Translations under genes and position numbers: made by a program | Assembly (NCBI GenBank): GCA_965214705.1 | Contig: OZ243972.1 | Span: 3,840,001-3,904,000 of the forward strand | Source: Alphaproteobacteria bacterium | GTDB taxonomy: Bacteria; Pseudomonadota; Alphaproteobacteria; UBA828 | Length of the DNA: 64,000 bases | Direction: 5' to 3' | Notes under the pieces: generated by a model | What the model saw: the letters and a program-made list of their open reading frames with translations, nothing else | Databases searched by the model: none | Told to the model about the DNA's origin: nothing | Shown here: positions 19,325 through 29,258 of the stretch, one piece after another | How positions within the stretch are numbered: position 1 is the first letter of the stretch | Layout: each line of letters opens with the position of its first letter

Positions 19325-19672
19325 CTAGTCCTGCGCCGTAGCCTTGCCGACCGGATTGAAGTCGTGCTCGCCCACGCCCTGAACTAGGGTGACGCGGCAG
19401 CCTCGGCCGTCCTTGCCGGAGACCCGGTGCGCGGTCATCGGTGGCACGACGCAATGATTGCCGGGCTCAAGCTCGTGACGGGCGCGGGGCGCCCGGGTCT
19501 CGATCACCACCGTGCCTTCGACGCCGACGAACACGTCGGTCACGATTGTGTGGTAATGCCACGGAACCTCCTCGCCCGCGCCGATGGTCATGACCTGGAC
19601 GCGCATGCCGTCGGCCTCGGCGACGATGTCGTGGTCGGTGATCGTATAGGGCAAGTCTTCTAGCGCGGTCAT
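19325..19672 (-). CDS. Cupin domain protein
   Basis: PWHYH..TD.F..VEG and VPPMTAHRV cupin motifs; start placed at ATG 19672. Confidence 0.82.
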   Translation of the reverse strand: MTALEDLPYTITDHDIVAEADGMRVQVMTIGAGEEVPWHYHTIVTDVFVGVEGTVVIETRAPRARHELEPGNHCVVPPMTAHRVSGKDGRGCRVTLVQGVGEHDFNPVGKATAQD

Positions 19673-19811
19673 CGCCTGCTCCCATCCAGGCTTTGGCTCG
19701 GACTGATCAAGATAGCGCCTTCGGCTGCGCCTGTGCATGGATTCGCGCGATTTCTCCCGTATCGCAAGTCTCGCTAGCATGGAGTGCTGATAATGTGGGA
19801 AGAGCAGTCGC

Positions 19812-20990
19812 ATGGCAGATGACGCGCATCCCTGCTGGGCGGTCTACGATCTGGGTCGGTTGCGCGCGAACCTCGCTGAGATTCGCCGTCGCATCGGGCC
19901 CGACCAGGCCTGCATCGCCGCGCTCAAGGGCAACGCCTACGGACATGGCGCGGTGCCCGTGGCGCGGGCGCTCGATGGGGAAGGGCTGGCGGCATTCATG
20001 ACCGGTTCTTTCGACGAGGCCTGCCGGCTGCGTGCGGAAGAGCTGCGCACCCCGGTGATCATGTTCGCAGGCGCGTTGCCGACGGGGATGGCCGCTCTCG
20101 TCGGCGCCGGGCTGGTACCGACGGTGGTCGATCGAGCGAGCGCCGAAGCTGCGGCGCGCGCGTCGCCGGCCGGGGACGCGGTTCCGGTCTACGTCAAGGT
20201 CAATGCCGGACTGGGGCGGCTGGGCGTGCCGCTTGAGGCAGCGGCAGTCTTTCTCGCCGAGCTGACTGCTATGCCGGGCCTCGAAGTCCAAGGTCTCTAC
20301 ACGCATCTGCCTTTCGGCGACTCGCAGGGGCGCGACTGGGCCGAGCAGAGGCTCACCGTCTTCGATGCGCTGCTCGCACGCCTCGACGAGCGCGGCCTGA
20401 CGCCGCCAGTCACTCAGGCGCGCGCGAGCGCTTGCGTTGCCGCCGGTCTGTCGGATCTGGCCAATGCGGTTTGCGTCGGCCACCTGCTCTACGGCCTCTC
20501 GCCCTTCGCCGATGACTCGCTCGCGGACCTCTCGGCGTACCGGCCTGTCCTGGCCGAGGTCGGGAGCCGGCTGATACAGGTCTCTGACCACCCGCAAGGC
20601 AGCGATATCGCGATCGGCGGCAGCTACGGCATACAGCATGGCCGACGCACCGGCGTCGCGCCGATCGGTGTCGCTCAAGGTTTGGTTCGACCCGTGCCGG
20701 GCAGCCAGCCGCAGGCGCTGGTACGCGGCTATCGGGCGCCGATCCTCGCGGTATCGCTCGAGCATCTGGTCCTGGATCTCTCCGATGTCGAAGACGCTGC
20801 AGTCGGCGATACGGTCCGGTTGCTCGGCGGCGAAGGCGACGCAGCGATCAGGCTGAACGAGCTCGCCGCGTGGTTCGGGGTGACGCCGCTCGATACGGTG
20901 ATGGCGCTCTCCGACCGACTGCCCGCGAACTATCGCGACGCAGCGGGCGGGGCGGCCGGACCGACTCCGCACCGAAGCGAGGCCCGATGA
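19812..20990 (+). CDS. Alanine racemase-fold PLP enzyme (divergent)
   Basis: ALKGNAYGHG (PLP lysine), KVNAGLGRLG, GLYTHL, GDTVRLLG. Confidence 0.85.
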   Translation: MADDAHPCWAVYDLGRLRANLAEIRRRIGPDQACIAALKGNAYGHGAVPVARALDGEGLAAFMTGSFDEACRLRAEELRTPVIMFAGALPTGMAALVGAGLVPTVVDRASAEAAARASPAGDAVPVYVKVNAGLGRLGVPLEAAAVFLAELTAMPGLEVQGLYTHLPFGDSQGRDWAEQRLTVFDALLARLDERGLTPPVTQARASACVAAGLSDLANAVCVGHLLYGLSPFADDSLADLSAYRPVLAEVGSRLIQVSDHPQGSDIAIGGSYGIQHGRRTGVAPIGVAQGLVRPVPGSQPQALVRGYRAPILAVSLEHLVLDLSDVEDAAVGDTVRLLGGEGDAAIRLNELAAWFGVTPLDTVMALSDRLPANYRDAAGGAAGPTPHRSEAR

Positions 20991-21772
20991 CGAGCCATCC
21001 CGATCTCCCTCGACTGAGCGAGGAGCAGTGCGCCCGCTACCGCGATGACGGCTTCGTGTTCCTGCCAGATCTCGTTTCCAGGGCGGACATCGCCCGGGTG
21101 CGGGACGAGCTCGACGGTCTGCGCCGACTCACCCGCGACGAGGTCATCCTGGAGAATGACGGCCGCACGGTGCGCTCGGTGATGAACCCGCAGGCGTTCA
21201 GTAATCTGTTCGGGCGCTTCGTGCGGCATCCGGCGCTCCTCGGCCCGGTGCGTCAGCTTTTGGAGCGGGAGACCTACCTGTTCCAGTGCGTGATCAACAT
21301 GAAACGCCCGTTCCATGGCGCGGTCTGGCAATGGCACCAGGATTTCCCGACCTATTTCCACGATGACGCGATGCCTGAGCCCCGCCTGGTCAACGCGCTG
21401 GTCTTCATCGACGAGGTGCGCGAGTTCAACGGGCCCCTGATGCTCGTCCCCGCCAGCCACAGGGCACCGGCCTACGAGACCGCCGTGGACGATACGACCA
21501 CGAGCTATCCGCTACGGGCGGCGGATGAGGTGGTTGTTGGCAGGCTCGCGAGCGAGCGGGGGATCGAAGCGCCGAAGGGCGGGCCGGGCTCGGTGATCTT
21601 CGCCCACACCAACATCGTGCACGGCTCGGGGCCGAACATGTCGCCCTGGCCGCGCACGCTCGCCTCGATCACCTACAATGCGATTGACAACAAGCACGGC
21701 CGCTCGCGGCGCCCCGATTGGGTGGTGCGCCGTGACTTCGAGGTTCTTGAACCGGTCACTTCGCCGATCTGA
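20987..21772 (+). CDS. PhyH-family 2OG-Fe(II) dioxygenase, proline-4-hydroxylase/ectoine-hydroxylase-like
   Basis: ENDGRTVR, INMK, WQWHQDF, NGPLMLVPASH, VHGSGPNMSPWPR; ATGA overlap with the upstream gene. Confidence 0.85.
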   Translation: MTSHPDLPRLSEEQCARYRDDGFVFLPDLVSRADIARVRDELDGLRRLTRDEVILENDGRTVRSVMNPQAFSNLFGRFVRHPALLGPVRQLLERETYLFQCVINMKRPFHGAVWQWHQDFPTYFHDDAMPEPRLVNALVFIDEVREFNGPLMLVPASHRAPAYETAVDDTTTSYPLRAADEVVVGRLASERGIEAPKGGPGSVIFAHTNIVHGSGPNMSPWPRTLASITYNAIDNKHGRSRRPDWVVRRDFEVLEPVTSPI

Positions 21773-21798
21773 GGAAGACGGTGGCGGTCGCCCAGGTG

Positions 21799-22719
21799 TC
21801 AGGAAGGCAGAGCGTCGATGCAGGTGGGCAGGGCCTCCTCCACCGAAACCGGGCGAATGCCCAGATCGTCCAAGGTGGACGCCTGCTTTCCGATGACATT
21901 GTCTCGCTTCATCAGAGTTACCTGATCGCGAGTGAGCGGCGGGTTGGGGTGCGTTGCCATCGCGGCCGCCAGAAATTCCCACGCAAGGAAGGGGCACGGG
22001 ACCATGAGCGCTCGTCCGGACACCCGGTCGCGCACCAACTGTACCAACTCTCTGTACGCGTAGATCCTTGGCCCCCCGAGCTCGTACACCCCGCCTCGCG
22101 TGGAGGGATCGGCCAGCACCCGTATGCAGGCCTCGGCGACGTTGCCGACGAATACGGGTTGCAGTCTGGTGTTCCCGGTTCCGAACAGGGGCATGATCGG
22201 AGATCGCTGCGTCATGCGAGCGAGCGTGTTGAGGAAGGCATCACCCGGCCCGAATATCACGCTCGGGCGCAAGATCGTGACGTCGTCGAACGCGTCCTTG
22301 ACGAGCGTTTCTCCGATCCCTCGGGCGCGAACGTAGGGTGAGGGCGACCCAGGATCGGCGCCCACTCCCGAGATGTGGACCAACCGCTCGGCCCCCGCCT
22401 GCTTCGCCTGTCGCGCCACATGCAGGGCCCCCTGGCCGTGGACCCTGTCGAATGTCGCGCCACCCTTCTCGACGTAATGACCGACGGTATTGACGACCGA
22501 GGCTGACCCCTCCACGGCACGCGCGACCGTCGCCTCCTTCCAAACATCGGCCTGCACGAGCTCGATCCGGCCGTCCGGGCCAAACCCGGAGAGGAACGAA
22601 GCGCGGTCCGGGTGACGCACGGCCACACGCACACGGTGGCCTGCCTCGACCAGGTGCTTGACGATCTGGCGGCCCAGAAATCCCGATCCTCCGAAGACCG
22701 TTACGGGTTTCGTCTCCAT
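21799..22719 (-). CDS. NDUFA9-like NAD(P)-dependent epimerase/dehydratase (atypical SDR)
   Basis: VTVFGGSGFLG, ILRPSVIFGPGD, LQPVFVGNVA; start placed at ATG 22719. Confidence 0.88.
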   Translation of the reverse strand: METKPVTVFGGSGFLGRQIVKHLVEAGHRVRVAVRHPDRASFLSGFGPDGRIELVQADVWKEATVARAVEGSASVVNTVGHYVEKGGATFDRVHGQGALHVARQAKQAGAERLVHISGVGADPGSPSPYVRARGIGETLVKDAFDDVTILRPSVIFGPGDAFLNTLARMTQRSPIMPLFGTGNTRLQPVFVGNVAEACIRVLADPSTRGGVYELGGPRIYAYRELVQLVRDRVSGRALMVPCPFLAWEFLAAAMATHPNPPLTRDQVTLMKRDNVIGKQASTLDDLGIRPVSVEEALPTCIDALPS

Positions 22720-22997
22720 CGGTTCGACGCCGCGTTCGTGTTCAGGAGATGGCGCATGGGGGCCGCGTCGTCTCCCGTCGCAGCCTTGCGTGTGTCGCCA
22801 CGGGACAAGGCTATGCCGCCGGCGCCGCGAATCGCAACCAGCGGTGCCCGTCTCGCTTCTGCCTCTCACGCCGCGCACGCCTCGTCTGCCCGCTCTCAGC
22901 CCGCCCGCGATGCTGCCATGACTCGGTGTGGCGTGTCGGTTAGCATCGGCACCGACCCGCGTGGCGGATGGGCGCCGAGCGCGGAAGGGAGGGACCG

Positions 22998-24410
22998 ATG
23001 GAAGGGCAAGCCGCAACCAATCTGAGCCTCGAGCAAATGGATGTGGAGACGACGCTCCACGCCTTCACCCCAATCCACGAGCACGAGAAGTCCGGCCCGC
23101 ATATCATCACAAACGGCGAAGGCATCTACGTCACCGATAACAAGGGTGACACATATATCGATGCGATGGCCTCGCTCTTCTGCGTCAACGCGGGCTACGG
23201 GCGGACCGAAATTGGCGAGGCGATTGCCGATCAGGCCCGGAGCTTCCCCTACTTCCACACCATGGCGGGGCACGCCAACGAGCAGCAGATCAGGCTGAGC
23301 GATCGGCTCATGGATATTCTGCCGGACAACATGAGCCGCATTCTCTACGCAAGCTCGGGCTCGGAGGCGAACGACGCCAACGTCAAGCTCGCCTGGATGT
23401 ATCAGCGCTGCCGCGGCAAACCCGAGAAGCGCAAGATGATCGCGCGGAGCATGGGCTATCACGGCGTGACCGGGATCGCGACCAACCTCTCCGGCCTGCC
23501 GCTCATGCACGAGGCCTTCGGGCTGCCGTTGCCGGGCTTCCTGCACACTGAGAAGGGTCACTACTTCTGGGAGGGCGAGGCCGGCGAAAGCGAGCGGGAT
23601 TTCTCCAAGCGAATGGCCGCCGCCCTGGAGGAGCTGATCATCCAGGAAGGACCGGAGACCGTCTGCGCTTTCATCGCGGAGCCCGTGATGGGGGCCGCCG
23701 CCTGCGTCTCGCCGCCCGAGGGCTACTTCGAGGAGATCCAGGCGGTGCTCAAGCGCCACGACGTGCTCTTCATCGCCGACGAGGTGATTACCGGCTTCGG
23801 CCGGCTGGGCTCATGGTTCGCGACCGAGAAGTACGGGCTTGATCCCGATCTGATCACGCTCTCCAAGGGCATCACCAGCGCCTACGTGCCGCTCTCCGCC
23901 TCGGTAATTTCGGACCGCGTATGGGAGGTGCTGCACGAGGGCTCGAAAGACATCCCGATCTTCGCCCACGGGCACACCGCGAGCGCCCATCCGCTCGCTT
24001 GTGCGGCTGCCAACGCGAACCTCGCGCTGATGGAGCAGGAGGACATGGTGGGGAACGCGGCCTCCACCGGCGCTTACTTCAAGCAGCAGCTCGAGGAGCG
24101 CGTCGGTCCCCACCCGCTGATGGGCGAGATTCGCGGCGACGGCCTGATGCTCGCGATCGAGCTGGTGGCGAACAAGGAGACCAAGGAAGAGCTCAATCTG
24201 GAGTGGGACTGCTCACACCGACTCTTCGATCTCTGTTTGGAGGAGAAGCTGATTACGCGGGGCTTCTTCGGCCACAACTCGACCTCGTTCGCGCCGCCGC
24301 TCTCGATCACGCCGGCTCAGGTGGACGACGTGATCGACCGCTTCTCCCGCGGCCTCGACAAGCTGACGGCAGACCTCAAGTCAGAGTACGGCTTCAGCCC
24401 GGCGGGCTGA
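22998..24410 (+). CDS. Class-III PLP aminotransferase (omega-amino acid/polyamine type)
   Basis: SGSEAND, YHG, FIAEPVMG, FIADEVITGFGRLG, SKGITS. Confidence 0.92.
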   Translation: MEGQAATNLSLEQMDVETTLHAFTPIHEHEKSGPHIITNGEGIYVTDNKGDTYIDAMASLFCVNAGYGRTEIGEAIADQARSFPYFHTMAGHANEQQIRLSDRLMDILPDNMSRILYASSGSEANDANVKLAWMYQRCRGKPEKRKMIARSMGYHGVTGIATNLSGLPLMHEAFGLPLPGFLHTEKGHYFWEGEAGESERDFSKRMAAALEELIIQEGPETVCAFIAEPVMGAAACVSPPEGYFEEIQAVLKRHDVLFIADEVITGFGRLGSWFATEKYGLDPDLITLSKGITSAYVPLSASVISDRVWEVLHEGSKDIPIFAHGHTASAHPLACAAANANLALMEQEDMVGNAASTGAYFKQQLEERVGPHPLMGEIRGDGLMLAIELVANKETKEELNLEWDCSHRLFDLCLEEKLITRGFFGHNSTSFAPPLSITPAQVDDVIDRFSRGLDKLTADLKSEYGFSPAG

Positions 24411-24477
24411 GGAATAACCTTCGGATTTGTCACGACACCTCGCGCCGCTGCGACGGCGGGCGGGCGCGGCACCTCAC

Positions 24478-24506
24478 TTGTGAAATTATGGTGGATTTGC
24501 TATAAG
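24478..24506 (+). promoter_or_regulatory. Sigma70-type promoter of the TA module with overlapping imperfect palindrome
   Basis: TTGTGA-N17-TATAAG, 5 nt before ATG 24512; TTATGG-N8-CTATAA (24486-24505). Confidence 0.6.
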
Positions 24507-24511
24507 GCGGG

Positions 24512-24880
24512 ATGAAGCGCGACACGCTGAGGCCGGTCGAATGGGTCGCTTCGAGTAGGGCGGATTTGAAGGGTTTTCCGGAGGCCGTGCGAGCACGCGT
24601 GGGCTTCGCGATCTACCAGGCCCAGACCGGTCTCCGTCACCGCGACGCGAAGTCGCTCAAAGGCTTCGGCTCTGGCGTTCTGGAGGTGGTCTCACGCTAC
24701 GACGGTGACACATTCAGGGCGGTCTATACGGTCCGTTTCGAGGCGGCGGTCTATGTCCTGCACGCCTTCCAGAAGAAGGCCAAGCGGAGCGTGACAACGC
24801 CGAAACGGGAGCTCGATGTGGTTCGGCAACGGTTACGGGCTGCCGAGCGGCACTACCGAGACACACATGGCGGAGACTAG
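24512..24880 (+). CDS. RelE/HigB (Gp49-like) toxin
   Basis: DLKGFP, KSLKGFGSGVLEV, FRAVY, VLHAFQKK. Confidence 0.9.
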   Translation: MKRDTLRPVEWVASSRADLKGFPEAVRARVGFAIYQAQTGLRHRDAKSLKGFGSGVLEVVSRYDGDTFRAVYTVRFEAAVYVLHAFQKKAKRSVTTPKRELDVVRQRLRAAERHYRDTHGGD

Positions 24881-24884
24881 AACC

Positions 24885-25223
24885 ATGGGCAACCCGGACC
24901 CGACGGTCGAACACGGCAGCGGCAATGTCTTTGCCGACCTGGACTTCCCGGACGCCGATGCGCACTTGTTGAAGGCGGAACTCGTCAGCCGCATCGACGG
25001 AATCGTCCGGCAACACGGCATCACCCAGACCGAGGCCGCTAGACTGTTGGGCCTGTCGCAGCCCGATGTGTCGCGGCTACTGCGCGGTGACTTTCGCGCG
25101 TATTCGCTGGAACGCCTGTTCCGCCTTCTGAATGCGCTCGGACGCGACGTGGACATCGTCATCCGGCAACCGCGTTCGGCCGGCGGCGGCAGGCTCCGAA
25201 TCGCTGCCACCGATATTATCTGA
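24885..25223 (+). CDS. XRE-family HTH antitoxin (HigA-like)
   Basis: GSGNVFADL, TQTEAARLLGLSQPDVSRLLRG, YSLERL; alternative start at 24867. Confidence 0.9.
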   Translation: MGNPDPTVEHGSGNVFADLDFPDADAHLLKAELVSRIDGIVRQHGITQTEAARLLGLSQPDVSRLLRGDFRAYSLERLFRLLNALGRDVDIVIRQPRSAGGGRLRIAATDII

Positions 25224-25334
25224 CGACACCATCTCGTCGGCCGCCCGCGGAGTCACAATGAGACGGTTCGTTACCCAAATACTCGAGGATAGGCTCCCAC
25301 GCTGCCGGATAGAGCCGGGCTCGACAGGCGGCCG

Positions 25335-26795
25335 CTAAGCCGCCTGCTTCGACTTGAAGCCGTTCTTCTCGATCCAGCGGGTGGTGTCGTCGAGGGCCAG
25401 GGAGAAACGGCGCATCATCTCCTCGACCTCGGCCTCGGTCATCACCAGCGGCGGGGCGAAGGCGAGGCTGTCGCCGGCGAGCGCGCTTCTGATGATGAGA
25501 CCGTGCTCGCGGGCGCGGTTCACTGCATAGGTCTTGACGCCGAACGCCGGGTCGAAGGAGCGCCGGGTCTCCTTGTCTGCTACCAGCTCGATGGCGCCCA
25601 TCATGCCGACGCCGCGGGTGGTCCCCACCAGCGGGTGATCAGCGAACCCCCGAATGCGCTCCTGCAGTAGTGCGCCAACGCGACGCACGTTGCCGAGCAC
25701 GTCACGCTCCTCCATCAGCTCTTGGCAGCGGAGCGCGACCGCGACCGCCACCGGGTGGCCGGTGGTGGTGAAGGCGTGGGCAAAGAAGCCCAATTTGCGG
25801 CTCTCGGCCAGCATGGCGTCGTAGAGCTTCTGGTTGATCATCACCGCCGAGATCGGCTGATAAGCGCTGGCCAGCCCCTTGGCGAGAGAAAGGCCGTCCG
25901 GCCGGAGGTTGAAAGTCTCCGATCCCAGCCAGCTACCGGTCCTGCCGGAGCCGGTGATGACCTCGTCGGCGAAGAACAGGATCTCGTACTTGTCGAGGAC
26001 CGCCTGCACCTTCTCGAAATAGGTCCGGGGCGGCACGATGCAGCCGCCGCCGCCCATCACAGGCTCGGCGAAGAAGGCGGCGACGGTCTCGGGCCCCTCC
26101 TTTACGATCAGCTCTTCGAGGTTGCTGGCGAGCCTCGAGGCGTAGTCCTCCTCGCTCTCGCCCGGCTCACCGTAACGGTAGAAGTGTGGGCAGTCGGTCT
26201 TGAGGAAGAGGTCGTTGACCGGCAGGTCGAAATCCGTGTGCATCTGCGGGATGCCGGTGACGCTGGCCGCGCCGCAGGTGACGCCGTGGAAGCCCATGAA
26301 GCGGGAGATGATCTTCTTCTTCTCCGGCTTGCCGATGGCGTTGTGGTAGTACCAGGCGAGCTTGACCAGCGTGTCGTTCGCCTCGGAGCCCGAGTTGGCG
26401 AAGAAGACCCGGGCCATGGGCACGTGGGTCGAGCCCTTGAGCCGCTCGGCGAGACGCCCCATGGGCTCGGTCGTTTTGTCGATCAGCGAGTGATAGTAGG
26501 GCAGGGCACGGAACTGCTCGATCGCGGCATCGACCAGCTCGCTTTCGCTGAAGCCGAAGTTGGCGCACCACATGCCGGCGACGCCCTCGATGTAGTCGCG
26601 GCCCTCCTCGTCGATGATGGAGACGCCTTTGCCGCGGGTGACTACCAGCGGCGGGGTCCTCTCCAGCGCGTCGAGATTACCGTAGCCGTGGGCGACGTGA
26701 GCCACGTTGCGCGCGCCGAGTGAATTCGGCTTGCTGATCGGCGCGGCGCTCTCGGTGCCGCCGCTATCGGGTCTGCTGCTGGCATCGTCCATCAC
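25335..26795 (-). CDS. Class-III PLP aminotransferase
   Basis: NSGSEAND, FHG, AEPVMG, ADEVITG, AKGLAS. Confidence 0.92.
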   Translation of the reverse strand: MMDDASSRPDSGGTESAAPISKPNSLGARNVAHVAHGYGNLDALERTPPLVVTRGKGVSIIDEEGRDYIEGVAGMWCANFGFSESELVDAAIEQFRALPYYHSLIDKTTEPMGRLAERLKGSTHVPMARVFFANSGSEANDTLVKLAWYYHNAIGKPEKKKIISRFMGFHGVTCGAASVTGIPQMHTDFDLPVNDLFLKTDCPHFYRYGEPGESEEDYASRLASNLEELIVKEGPETVAAFFAEPVMGGGGCIVPPRTYFEKVQAVLDKYEILFFADEVITGSGRTGSWLGSETFNLRPDGLSLAKGLASAYQPISAVMINQKLYDAMLAESRKLGFFAHAFTTTGHPVAVAVALRCQELMEERDVLGNVRRVGALLQERIRGFADHPLVGTTRGVGMMGAIELVADKETRRSFDPAFGVKTYAVNRAREHGLIIRSALAGDSLAFAPPLVMTEAEVEEMMRRFSLALDDTTRWIEKNGFKSKQAA

Positions 26796-26939
26796 GGGAC
26801 ATCTCCGTCTCTTGAGGTCGCCGGCGGGAGCGAGCGTCCGGCGAGGTCAGGCGGTTCGAAAGCACCGGGCTGCAAGCCCGGTCAGCGCGACCGCTCCGGC
26901 GCCGGCCGATACTGCGGATGCCGGAGCGATACTGGTTTC

Positions 26940-28031
26940 CTACGCGGCGAGGGGATATTCCTCGTAGTCGGATTCGCAGGGCTGCGTGTCGGTGATGTGG
27001 AGCGTCCGCTGCTTCAGCGAGATCATGATGGAGTGGTTGGTCTGCAGCCTCAGCGTCTCCGCCTCTTCCTCGTCATAGTGTGCGCAGATCGAGTGCGGAT
27101 AGCCGAAGTGGTCCGCCATCGCCGATCTGATGGTCTCCGAATCGAGCTCCTGCGACTGACGCAGCAACCGCTCCAGGCGCACATGGCGGTACATCGTGTT
27201 GGGCCAGAGCTTCACCACCTCCGACTCCACGTCCAGCTTGCAGAAGTGGTTGGAGTGAGTGAGCAGACCGTCATCCGGGTAGATGAAGGCTTCCTTGTCC
27301 GGGCTCGTCTCGATGTCGATGGCGATGCCGTCCTCATGGGCGATGAGGAAGTTCATCGATACCGAGCGATTGGTACCGCAGATCGCCAGGATGGCCTCCT
27401 GCATGTTGCGGGCGTTCATGATGTCGCGCACGCGCATGCGGTAGGGCTTCTCGTATTCGTACTTGCCGTCCTCCGGGGTCAGCAGCGCGTTGATGACCAC
27501 GCCGATGCCGTTCTCGTTGACGCCCTGGAGGCCGCCGATGGTGCCGACCTCGCCGATGTGGATGAAGTCGGGCCCATCGTCCCGATGCACCCGCGAGACC
27601 ACGGTGTTGATGTCCTTCACCCAGTCCCAATTCTGGCCGATCATCGTGTCGCCGTTCTTCGAGCGCTCGGGCAACACGGCGAACGAGGTGCAGGCGTCCA
27701 TCGCGGCGGGCTGGTATTGCGCCTGCGCATCGCTCTTCATCATGTTCACGAGCATTTCGTAGCGCACGTTGAGGAGGGTGATTTCCTCCAGGCTGCGGCC
27801 CGAACCCTCGACCACGCCGTCAATCTCCTCCCAGAAGATCGGGTCCTTGGGCCTCAGCGCCTCGGCCCACCTGGCCGATTCGGCCATCAATGCACCTTTC
27901 TCGAAGCCCAGAATCTGGAAGCGCTTGAGATAGCGCTCGAGGTTCTGGCTGATCTCCTTCGACATGATCTCGCCGTGAACGCGGCCACGATCCCTGGGAT
28001 CACCGGTCAGGTTGAGCACTGGCTTGGTCAT
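26940..28031 (-). CDS. C45 family Ntn-hydrolase/acyltransferase (IAT-like)
   Basis: LNVRYE, DACTS (autoprocessing Cys), GQNWDW, GVNENG, HSNHF. Confidence 0.88.
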   Translation of the reverse strand: MTKPVLNLTGDPRDRGRVHGEIMSKEISQNLERYLKRFQILGFEKGALMAESARWAEALRPKDPIFWEEIDGVVEGSGRSLEEITLLNVRYEMLVNMMKSDAQAQYQPAAMDACTSFAVLPERSKNGDTMIGQNWDWVKDINTVVSRVHRDDGPDFIHIGEVGTIGGLQGVNENGIGVVINALLTPEDGKYEYEKPYRMRVRDIMNARNMQEAILAICGTNRSVSMNFLIAHEDGIAIDIETSPDKEAFIYPDDGLLTHSNHFCKLDVESEVVKLWPNTMYRHVRLERLLRQSQELDSETIRSAMADHFGYPHSICAHYDEEEAETLRLQTNHSIMISLKQRTLHITDTQPCESDYEEYPLAA

Positions 28032-28307
28032 CGATCGCCTCCTGCATGGTCCCGTCGTGCGAATTGATCGCTTGTTCTTTGCCGCACGAACGAGCCGGTC
28101 GAATTCGTTGCCATCGGAGAATAGCGCGGCGACTGGAGCAAGAGAAGGCGGAAAGAGCGCAACGGTATGGGCGGACCGGAAGCGGCACGCGCGATCCTAG
28201 GCGGATGCGGGCAAGGCGCAGGCAGTGCTCTCGTGCTACCGTTGCGGCGTTGGGACTCGCCGCTTCCCCGAGAAGCGGGGAGACGGCTCCACCGGTCGGA
28301 GGCCGCC

Positions 28308-29168
28308 ATGAAGACGATACCAGCGACCCTTTCGGTCATTTTGGCGACGGTATTGCTCGCCGGGACGAGCGCCGCCGAGACCCCGCTCGAGCGGGGTACC
28401 TACCTGATGGAGAGCATCGCCGCCTGTCCGGTCTGTCACACGCCGTGGACCGAGGACGGCCAGATCGCCGACATGCATATGGCGGGTGGCCTGATGTTCG
28501 AGGAGGATGACTACACCGCCTACGCGTCCAACATCACGCCCGACCCCGAGACCGGAATCGGCAACTGGAGCGACGAGGAGATCATCACCGCGATCCGCGA
28601 GGGCAAACTGCCGGACGGTTCGATCATCGGCCCGGCCATGCCGATCTCGCTTTATCGGGGCCTCTCGGATCGGGACGTGCAGGCGATCGTCGCCTACCTG
28701 CGCTCGATCCCGCCGATCAAGAACGAGGTGTCTGCTTCCGAGTACGAGATCGATCTACCCGCCGATTATGGCCCGCCGCTCGGCGAGGTGCCCGAGGTCG
28801 CGTACTACGATCTCGGCGCCTACGGTGAATATCTGGCGGGCCCGATCGCCAACTGCACGTACTGCCATACGCCGATCGAAGACGGCTGGCGGGATTACGA
28901 GAACATGCTGGGCGCCGGCGGGCACGAGATGGAAGGCCCTTGGGGCGAGACGGTGGCCCGCAACATCACGCCAGACTGGGGTACCGGCCTCGGTCGCTGG
29001 AACAGCCGCAAGATGCGCACGGCCATCACCAAAGGGTTGAGGCCCGACGGCGACGAGCTCGGCCCGCCCATGCCTTACGCGCGCTATGACACGATGGATC
29101 GCCAGGACCTCAGTGCGATCCTCGCCTACGTGCGCTCGTTGCCCCAAATCGAGAACGACACTGATTAA
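28308..29168 (+). CDS. Exported di-heme cytochrome c
   Basis: Signal peptide; CPVCH and CTYCH; duplicated NITPD...G.G.W units with distal Met (PAMP, PPMP). Confidence 0.88.
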   Translation: MKTIPATLSVILATVLLAGTSAAETPLERGTYLMESIAACPVCHTPWTEDGQIADMHMAGGLMFEEDDYTAYASNITPDPETGIGNWSDEEIITAIREGKLPDGSIIGPAMPISLYRGLSDRDVQAIVAYLRSIPPIKNEVSASEYEIDLPADYGPPLGEVPEVAYYDLGAYGEYLAGPIANCTYCHTPIEDGWRDYENMLGAGGHEMEGPWGETVARNITPDWGTGLGRWNSRKMRTAITKGLRPDGDELGPPMPYARYDTMDRQDLSAILAYVRSLPQIENDTD

Positions 29169-29258
29169 CAGCCGCCCGCTGCGGCATGATTGCGCCTTGA
29201 CGGGTTAACGCGCGAACGGGCAAGCTTCCGCAACTTTTCGGGACGCGAAGGCAGAACC

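Noticed and set aside
20987-21772. Ectoine hydroxylase ectD
   Set aside because: The EctD signature WHSDFETWH is replaced by WHQDFPTYF and no ectABC genes are adjacent.
24432-25230. ACGACACC direct repeat (24432-24439, 25223-25230) as a TSD around the HigBA cassette
   Set aside because: Only 8 bp, overlaps the antitoxin stop codon, and has no convincing terminal IRs or transposase; compatible with chance.
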